A DNA stretch of 37,285 nt from positions 1-37,285 of the forward strand of contig LT642193.1 in NCBI GenBank assembly GCA_900128585.1, written 5' to 3'. This DNA comes from Stramenopiles sp. TOSAG23-3 (taxonomy: Eukaryota). Under the pieces are notes generated by a model that was not told the DNA's origin, did not search any database, and saw only the letters and a list, made by a program, of their open reading frames with translations. Shown piece by piece: positions 29,815 through 37,285 of the stretch. How positions within the stretch are numbered: position 1 is the stretch's first letter; every line of letters starts with the position of its first letter. Both the position numbers and the translations under genes were made by a program.

Positions 29815-30641
29815 CTTCTATTCTTTCCTTTCTTTCTTTTCTTTCTTCACTTTTAACAATTGTTTTGGGTACAATTTAATTTTTTAATTAAATTTATTCT
29901 ACTGTTAAGTACAGTTTAAAGTATAATTTAAAATCCATTCCTTACAAGTTTAATTATATACCAAAGTTGAAAGACTATGATAGCTATTTACAGTATAATA
30001 CATTAAATACAGTAATCAAGGAAGGAAGGAAAGGAAGGAAAGGAAGGGAAAGGAAGAAGAATCAAATAATGGATACAGTGTATGGTAGGCTAGACTATTA
30101 TAACACTAAGTTAAGTAAAATAAATGACCTTCCTTCGATCGAAGACAAGAAGAGAAGAGAAGCCCATAATGTACATATATATAACATACGATGGAGGATA
30201 TACAGTCCAGTCCACTGGAGATGGATAAATAAATATAGTTCTCTTCTTTTCTTTTTTTCTTTTTTCTTCTTTTCTTTCTTTTCTTTTCTTTCTTTTTTTC
30301 TTTTTTTTCTTTTTTTCTTTTTTTCTTTTTTTCTTTTTTTCTTTTTTTCTTTCTTTTTTTCTTTCCAATGATGTTATGGTTATGAATAGGGTTTAATTTT
30401 TTGAATTTTTTTTTTTTTTTTTGAATTCTTCTATCTTCTTTTTTTTCAATAAATAATCATACGAACGCTTTCTTCTCTTCAAACCAAAGGTACAACTTCA
30501 ACAAAAGTACAGAACATATCCCAACGGTGCAATGGTCCATTAAATTGTCTCCTCTCTACGTACCATACAGACGTACCCAAACCCTTTCCATTGTACATAT
30601 AAACATACACACACACACATTCGTACACCCGTGTGTTGAAG

Positions 30642-32178
30642 ATGGCCGAAGCGGACGTCGAGTCGCAGCTGGACCCGGTCTACCACGCCATGTCGCTGCT
30701 GCGGCGGCGGCGGTACGACGAGGCGATCGAGGTCTGCACGCGCCTGTTGGCGGAGAACCCGTACGACAAGGCGGTGTGGTTTTTGAAGACCCGGGCGTTG
30801 ACCCTGGCGGACTACGTCGACGACACGGAGATGGAGGAGGAGGGGGTGGCGGAGATGATGATGGACGACAACGCGGTGGCCTCGGTCCCGAGGCCGGGGA
30901 CGTCCCTGACCCGGCCCCAGACGAACGCGGGGGGGGGGGGCATCCCAGATCATGCGCCCCATGTCTAGCTCCGGGCGCCCGCTCACCGGGTTTGCCCGGC
31001 CCGGGACCGGCTCCCGGGGGGCCGGCGGGAACATGTCCATGGAGCAGGCCCTGAAGAGCGGGGGGCGCGCCGGGACCGCGCGGCCCGTCACCGCGCTCGG
31101 CCGGCAGGTCCGCCTCGGGACCGCGTCCATGCTCAGCGACCGGGGCGGCCCTTTCATCAACGCCGACAAGCTCCCCCTGGCAAAGTACGCGGTCCGGCCC
31201 TCGCTCAGCAAGGTCCTCTGCGACTACCTCCTCTACGTCGACCACAACCCGAAGCGGGCCCTCGAGCTCGCCGCGGAGGCGACCAAGGTGAACCAGTACA
31301 AGGACTGGTGGTGGAAGGCCCGGCTGGGGAAGTGCTACTACCAGCTCGGCCTCTACCGGGACGCCGAGAAGCAGTACCTGAGCTCCCTCAAGGAGCAGGA
31401 CATGGTCGTCACCCACCTCGAGCTCGCAAAGGTCTACCTCAAGCTCGACCAGCCCCTCAAGGCCCTGGAGATCTACAAGAAGGCCCAGGCCAAGCACCCC
31501 GGGGACACCAGCATCCTGCTCAATATTGCCCGGGTCTACGACATGCTCAACGACACCCAGAAGGCCGCGGAGTACTTCAAGAAAGTCCTCCACTTCGACG
31601 CCTCCTGCGTCGAGGCCATCGCCTGCATGGCCGCCCACCACTTTTACAACGACCAGCCCGAGGTCGCCCTCCGGTTCTACCGAAGGCTCGTCCAAATGGG
31701 GGTCGACAACACCGAGCTCTGGTGCAACCTGGGCCTCTGCTGCCTGTACGCCGCGCAGTACGACATGACCCTCAGCTGCTTCGACCGGGCGCTCTCCCTT
31801 GCCGACGACTCCAACATGGCGGACGTCTGGTACAACGTGGGCATCATGGGGATCTCCATCGGCGACCTCGGCCTCGCCTACCAGGCCTTCAAGATCGCCA
31901 TCTCCGTCGACAACGACCACGCCGAGAGCTACACCAACCTCGGGGTGCTGGAGCTGCGAAAAGGGAATGTCGACGCCGCCCGCATCAGCTTCGACACCGC
32001 GCGCCGCCTCGCCCCCCACTCCTTTGAGAGCTTTTTCAACGGGGCCCTCATGTCTTACAAGCTCGGGGACTTTCAGGACAGCTTCAAGCTGACCGCAGAG
32101 AGCCTGGGGCTCTTTCCCGACCACAGCGACTCCAAAGACCTCCTCGAACAACTCCAAAGGCATTTTACGACCTTGTAA
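30642..32178 (+). CDS. BBS8: Bardet-Biedl syndrome 8 / TTC8 BBSome TPR subunit, +1 frameshift at a G12 tract
   Basis: NPYDKAVWFLKTRALT...PRPGTSL in the first frame; RPMSSSGRPLTGFARPG, RPVTALGRQVRLGTASM, DWWWKARLGKCYYQLG and TPRs in the +1 frame; the two join at G run 30929-30940. Confidence 0.95.
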
Positions 32179-32243
32179 TGGTGTTGGGCCTGGTATGGGA
32201 AGGAAGGGAGAAAGGTTGTTGGTTTGTCCATCATGTTAAGTTT

Positions 32244-32309
32244 TAAAAACAAAAAATTGGCTGTTATTTAAGTAAGATATAAAATAACAGCCAATTTTTC
32301 TTGTTTTTA
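32244..32309. repeat. Near-perfect ~26-bp inverted repeat (hairpin) between convergent genes
   Basis: TAAAAACAAAAAATTGGCTGTTATTT ... AAATAACAGCCAATTTTTCTTGTTTTTA. Confidence 0.85.
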
Positions 32310-32639
32310 TTTAAGTATGCTTATGTTAAGATAGTTAAAATTTATCGTCTTTATTAAAAAAAAACTAGTGATCGTCTTAAAAAAATAAAAAATTGCATTA
32401 ATCTTAAATGATGCCCCCTGTTTGTTATTTTTTTACTAGAGTTAACTACACTTTGTATCTCTCTGATACACTCTGAAATTTCATTCATCTCCTTCCTTGC
32501 AATTTAGTTTGGTGTTAAGAGTTACGTAAGTAAACCACAATTTAAGAATAATAAAAATAACAACACAGAGCAAACTTTCTCCACAACACACAAATTTAAG
32601 AAGTGTTGTGTCTTCTTCCCAAACACGCACCCCCCCGTC

Positions 32640-33296
32640 CTACTCGGTCCGCTGCTTCTTCGAGGACGGAGAACCCGCCTCGGCCCGCATCCGACGGTTT
32701 CGATCTGCAAGGTGGTAAAACTCCGATTCCAATGCATGGACCCGTTTCTTGCTTTCCTCCTGCAACCCCCGCCGTTCCTGGTTCAACAGCTCCAAACGCT
32801 GCGCCTGCCCGAGGGTACGGTTGTAATACGCCGAACTCAACCCCTCCAAGTCCGCCGCGTGAAGCTTCCACGCGTTCGCGCCGTAGCACTGCAACAGCTC
32901 CAAGTTTGTGATATGCTTCTGCTGCTCCTCCACGTGGGTCTCTGCCGTTTCTATTCGCTCGGCAAAGTCCTTTGACTCGTCCGCCGCCGGGTTCCTCCCT
33001 TGCAGCTTGTCGGTCTCCCCACCGTTCGCTATTCTATTGTACTCTGCCTTCAACGCAGGGCTCCCCTCGAAGGTGTCCCTCCCGTTCACCACGGAATCCC
33101 CCACGGCAAGCTTCAGGTAGTCCCGCATGCTCCCGTCCCGCTTCATCTCCCTCATTTCCGCCTCCACCATTGCCTTCACCTGCGCCTGCACGCTTTCGTC
33201 CTGGCTGTACACGTCAACACCGTTTACGAAATCATCGATAAAAGGTAGCGAGCACGCCAACGGGTGGGCGCGAACAACTACGTTCGCGTCTGCCAT
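32640..33296 (-). CDS. BCAS2: Pre-mRNA splicing factor SPF27/BCAS2 (Prp19 complex)
   Basis: SLPFID, VKAMVEAEM, NLELLQCYGANAW, LNQERRGLQ. Confidence 0.88.
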   Translation of the reverse strand: MADANVVVRAHPLACSLPFIDDFVNGVDVYSQDESVQAQVKAMVEAEMREMKRDGSMRDYLKLAVGDSVVNGRDTFEGSPALKAEYNRIANGGETDKLQGRNPAADESKDFAERIETAETHVEEQQKHITNLELLQCYGANAWKLHAADLEGLSSAYYNRTLGQAQRLELLNQERRGLQEESKKRVHALESEFYHLADRNRRMRAEAGSPSSKKQRTE

Positions 33297-33614
33297 GCTT
33301 TAACAACGATAACAACGAAGAAGAAATGAAAAAACGGGAAGAAAGCGGTTTGTTGTTATTTATGCGTTACAACAAAGAAAAAAACGTTCCAACGAACGAA
33401 TGTGAAACTGTTAACAAATCATTCATAATTCACTGAACTTCTTTTTTCTTCTCACACCATTATTATTATTAGAAAAAGAAGGCAAAACAGATAAAAATAT
33501 ACGCGATGATCGAAGAAAGAAAGAAAAAGAAGAAGAAAGGCAAACAACAACACAAGAAGAAGGAAGTTTTAATTAAATTTTAAAGCGGCGGCGGCGCATC
33601 CACCCACCACCCCT

Positions 33615-33624
33615 TCTCTTCTTC

Positions 33625-33695
<71 letters not shown>

Positions 33696-34010
33696 ATTTT
33701 TCTAATTTGGTCTTGGTTGTAATTTATTATTATTACTATACTATTATTTATAGTATAAATAGGGTATACTATCCTATCAAATACCCATCCTTCTCTTCTT
33801 CTCTTTCATCAGAGAATCTGAAATCTGAATGAAGAAAGAGATACAGTAATAAAATTATAAATTATTTTCTAATTATCACATCTTCTGCCGAAGAAGAAGA
33901 AAGAAGAAGAAGAAGAAGAAGAAAGAAGAAGAAAGAAGAAAGAAGAAGAAAGAAGAAGAAAGAAGAAGAAGAAGAAGAAGAAGAAGAAGAAGAAGAAGAA
34001 GAAGAAGAAG
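33615..34010. repeat. (TTTC)n and (GAA)n microsatellites in the divergent SPF27/tetraspanin spacer
   Basis: TTTC tract 33615-33693 and GAA tract 33891-34010. Confidence 0.9.
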
Positions 34011-34208
34011 AATCTGAGATTTAGATTAAGATTAAGATCGTTATCTATGAGAAGAAAAGAATTAAAGAGAGATATATGGAGAGAGAGAAGATAAGAGTGC
34101 ATGGTTGGTTGGTTTAGTCTGCTTTGTTTTCTTTATTTCATTTATTCGTTTGTTCTTTTCTTTTGTTGTTGTTACAGTTACCAAAATAATAATTTTAAAA
34201 AATAAAAA

Positions 34209-34988
34209 ATGGCAGGGCAGGACGAAGACCAACCCTTTATCCCGAAGAAAACGTTGGAGAAGTACCAAGAGAGACAGCCACATTTAGACGCTAGAAACGA
34301 GCCTTACTTGCTGCGGACTCCTTTAAATAACCATAGGGCAGAGTTGACGATCTGCAGCCTCGTCTACTTGGCAGTCTCCATCATGATCTTCGTCCACGGC
34401 GACTCCACCTTGACCACGTACCACGCTTGGCTGTCCGGCGGGACGTACTCCAGGGTGGCCTGTTTCTTCGGCCTCATCACGATCGCGTGCTCCCTCGTCG
34501 GCGTGTACGCCTCCATGAGCCTGTATGCCAAGACAAGGTACTGGGCATTGTTGAACGTGTTTTTTCAGGTGTTTGTAATCGTAGGGTCCTTCGTGGCCGG
34601 GACCGCGTGCCTTATCCACCGGGCGGACGCCGGCGCCATGGCGGCGAACATACGGGAAGGCTGGGTCATGCAGCGGGGCAACCAGCAGGGCCAGGCCACC
34701 CTTAGCGCCCTTCAGGCCCATTACAAGTGCTGCGGCCTGCGGACTGATCAAGACGTTCCGCAGCAGCCCTGCGTGCGCTACAACCCGGGAAAGCCCAACC
34801 CGGGCTGCCGCGCCACGCTGGTTGCACGTTCGCAGACGGACCTTTTGAAGACGGGCATCATGCTGATGCTTTCGTCGCTGGGCTACATTTACGGGGTGGT
34901 CATTGTGTTGAAAATGACGAAGAAGAGGATTTGGTCCGGGGAGCGGATGCTCAAGCAGAAGTCCCATTCGCTGGCCGATTCGATCTGA
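34209..34988 (+). CDS. Tetraspanin-family protein
   Basis: Four TM segments; large loop with LQAHYKCCG, PC and GC (4-Cys EC2). Confidence 0.8.
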   Translation: MAGQDEDQPFIPKKTLEKYQERQPHLDARNEPYLLRTPLNNHRAELTICSLVYLAVSIMIFVHGDSTLTTYHAWLSGGTYSRVACFFGLITIACSLVGVYASMSLYAKTRYWALLNVFFQVFVIVGSFVAGTACLIHRADAGAMAANIREGWVMQRGNQQGQATLSALQAHYKCCGLRTDQDVPQQPCVRYNPGKPNPGCRATLVARSQTDLLKTGIMLMLSSLGYIYGVVIVLKMTKKRIWSGERMLKQKSHSLADSI

Positions 34989-35372
34989 GGGCGGAGAGAG
35001 CAGAGCAGAGCGTGCGCGTTAAAAGAAATTATAAATTAAAAAGATATATGTGTGTACGTAAGAGGGGTATTTTAATGTAGTTAGTATAGGAAGAAGAAAG
35101 GAACATTTCTAGGAACATTTTACAATAGATGTATTAACATAGCGCTATGACACCGGTATTATAACACAGGAGGGAGACAAAACTCGTTCGTTTTGTTTTT
35201 CTTCTTTTCTTCACAAATGACATTTATTGCTTTGTTGTGTGTTCCTCTCTTGAATTGTTTGTTGTTGTGTTGTTGTAGTTCTTTAAAACAAGTCGTCTCA
35301 TCGCATGCACTGCGCATTTTGGTCTTTTCTTGTAAAAATAAATGTGTCGTCTTGAACGTCACGCAGTTCGTG

Positions 35373-37031
35373 TCACCTCAACCGTACCTCAACCTTCACT
35401 GCAAACGTGCCGACCCCGTCCTCCTCCCGCTCCCCCTCCCCCTCCTCCTCGTTGCTGCCGTGGCCGGCTGGCGACGCGACGGTCAACAAAAACCCTAGCG
35501 TTGCAAAACCGTCGTCGGGCGGGTCGGTCTCTGAAATGTTGAGCCGCAGCTTCACCACGTTGCGCTTTCGAAACACGAGCGCGGCAGGGTCGTTGGAGGT
35601 GTCGATGCCGCCCTCCTCCACCTCGCCCGTCCAAGCTTCGTCTTGGTCGGCGAACTCGTCGTAACCGTGGATAAAAAACTCGGTCGTCGGCAAAATGAGC
35701 TTTTGGCCGCTCGTCACGCCAACCAGGGCGCCGTTGTTGGACATCAGCTTGACCTTGACGGCCTCGTCCGAGGGGTTCGTCATCGCTAACTCAACGTAGT
35801 GCTCGCTCGCGGACAGAAACGTGTAGCTGCAAATACTGACGCGGGGGAGGAACGCCCGTGCCGGGCTGCATTTTTTGAACCAGTTCCCCACGTTCGTCCG
35901 CGTGGACGTGTCCCCCATCAAAGGGTTGATGTGGGGCTTCAGCAGAATCCCAGGGTTTCCCCGCTCGAACGTCTCCTTGCACCGCAGGGAACGCTTCGTC
36001 AACAGGCACCGGCGCTGCGGGGTCAGCTCCAACGTGGTCCGTGGGTGCGTGGGGGGGTGGGCCAAACGCTGTGCCATGCTCGTGGCTGCGGCCCCGTCGC
36101 CGGAGCCAACGTACCCCTCGTACGCCTCCGCGGATGGGGGGGACATCATCCTGTTTCGCGGGACCCCGCCGCTGCCGCGGCCCGCGCCGCCCCCCGCCGC
36201 CTTGGACGCGCCCTCCGCCGCCCCGGAGAACTGCTTCCGGGCGATTATCTCTTTCCCCTTCGACACTATCCTTGAGATGTCCTCCGTCATGTTTGCGTTC
36301 CACTGCTCTTTCCGTGCCTTCTCCCCCGTCTCCTTCTCGAGCTCCTTCTTCGCCGCGTCCTCCCAGGACGTGTACGTCAGCGTGTCCCTCTGCTCCCCGT
36401 GCTCCAGCCGGGCCAGCTGCAAGAGCGTGCTCGACCGCATCGATGACGTCCCGCGCTGCTTCAGCCGGTCCTCCAGTGCCTTTCTCCGCTGCAGCTTGCC
36501 GTACTGCTCGTTGATCGCGCTGACCCTCGAAACCACCAAGCACTCGCCGACGTGATCGCGCTCGGCGTCCATTATCGCCATCAGCAGGCTGGCCCCGTCG
36601 GCGGCGAAGAAGCCATTGTCGACCGAGTCCCAATAGCAGTGCCCGCAGCTCAGAAACGTCTTTGCCCCGCCGCCCGTCCCCTCCAGGTGCGATATGACCG
36701 TCGTCAACACGCTGCTGCAGCAAGGGCACGCGAGGCACTCCAAGCGCGGGCAACGGTTCTTGTACAGCATCGCCTCGCTCGACGGAAAGTTCTCCAAGCA
36801 CTGCGGGCAATAATAGCTTTCTATTTCCTCCACCGTGCACAGCGGATGGTGAGGGACAATTTTCTTCAATTCGGGAGAATAATACCACGATGACAAGGGG
36901 CGGTATTCGTGCATCGGTCCCCCTGCTGAACGTGCCCTCACCGTTCGTTTGCCCTCACCATTCTCCCTTCTGACTATTTTTGTTGCTGGAACGTTCGTAT
37001 ACGTCACCCGACCCTCTACTTTACCATTCAT
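35373..37031 (-). CDS. DCTN4: Dynactin subunit 4 (p62)
   Basis: PLSSWYY, EEIESYYCPQCLENFPSSEA..KNRC, CPCC, CGHCYWDS, LLTKRSLRC, LLKP, L.MTNP; first ATG at 37031. Confidence 0.92.
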   Translation of the reverse strand: MNGKVEGRVTYTNVPATKIVRRENGEGKRTVRARSAGGPMHEYRPLSSWYYSPELKKIVPHHPLCTVEEIESYYCPQCLENFPSSEAMLYKNRCPRLECLACPCCSSVLTTVISHLEGTGGGAKTFLSCGHCYWDSVDNGFFAADGASLLMAIMDAERDHVGECLVVSRVSAINEQYGKLQRRKALEDRLKQRGTSSMRSSTLLQLARLEHGEQRDTLTYTSWEDAAKKELEKETGEKARKEQWNANMTEDISRIVSKGKEIIARKQFSGAAEGASKAAGGGAGRGSGGVPRNRMMSPPSAEAYEGYVGSGDGAAATSMAQRLAHPPTHPRTTLELTPQRRCLLTKRSLRCKETFERGNPGILLKPHINPLMGDTSTRTNVGNWFKKCSPARAFLPRVSICSYTFLSASEHYVELAMTNPSDEAVKVKLMSNNGALVGVTSGQKLILPTTEFFIHGYDEFADQDEAWTGEVEEGGIDTSNDPAALVFRKRNVVKLRLNISETDPPDDGFATLGFLLTVASPAGHGSNEEEGEGEREEDGVGTFAVKVEVRLR

Positions 37032-37285
37032 ACGCGTCAGATACACGCACTCACGCACGCTCACACCCTAAGCAAACACGCGCACACACTCAATCACACA
37101 CAAATCACACACGCACGCTCAATCACACACAAATCACGCGCGCACACAACCACACACAAATCACAAATCACACACACACACACAGCACCCTTCGAAGCTA
37201 ACTTACTATACGTTCACCCAACCACCGAATTGCCTATCACTTATTCAACCAACCCGATTGAAGAAGAAGAAGAAAGAGGGGGGGG

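Noticed and set aside
30902..30920. 19-nt GT...AG mini-intron that would restore the BBS8 frame
   Set aside because: It would delete the conserved RPGTSL residues, has a poor donor context, and the G12 run explains the shift more simply
1..37285. Alternative genetic code or selenocysteine readthrough
   Set aside because: TAA, TAG and TGA all terminate recognisable full-length proteins and there are no in-frame stops within conserved domains

Overview
Gene-dense eukaryotic nuclear DNA from a ciliated/flagellated protist (BBS8 present; a stramenopile-like origin is my inference, not shown). About 19 apparently intron-less genes with GC3-rich coding sequence are separated by AT-rich spacers full of purine/pyrimidine microsatellites. 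There is one 162-N scaffold gap. Recognisable genes: a P4H-like 2OG-Fe(II) oxygenase, EFG1, snurportin-1, peroxisomal 2,4-dienoyl-CoA reductase, a myristoylated RING protein, an EF-hand protein, a four-domain EEEE voltage-gated Ca2+ channel, a TBL/PC-esterase, an IQ protein, a secreted tenascin-type EGF-repeat protein, BBS8/TTC8, SPF27/BCAS2, a tetraspanin and dynactin p62. Unexplained structure: (i) AT-rich palindromic elements, one with a ~143-bp coding-derived fragment inserted in its arm and one family whose core is flipped between copies; (ii) three orphan or 5'-truncated gene pieces; (iii) two genes broken by a +1 frameshift in a long C or G homopolymer, most likely assembly errors; (iv) recurrent intergenic motifs. 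No rRNA, tRNA, CRISPR array or transposase was seen. I cannot claim a new system; the palindrome/gene-fragment capture pattern is the best lead.
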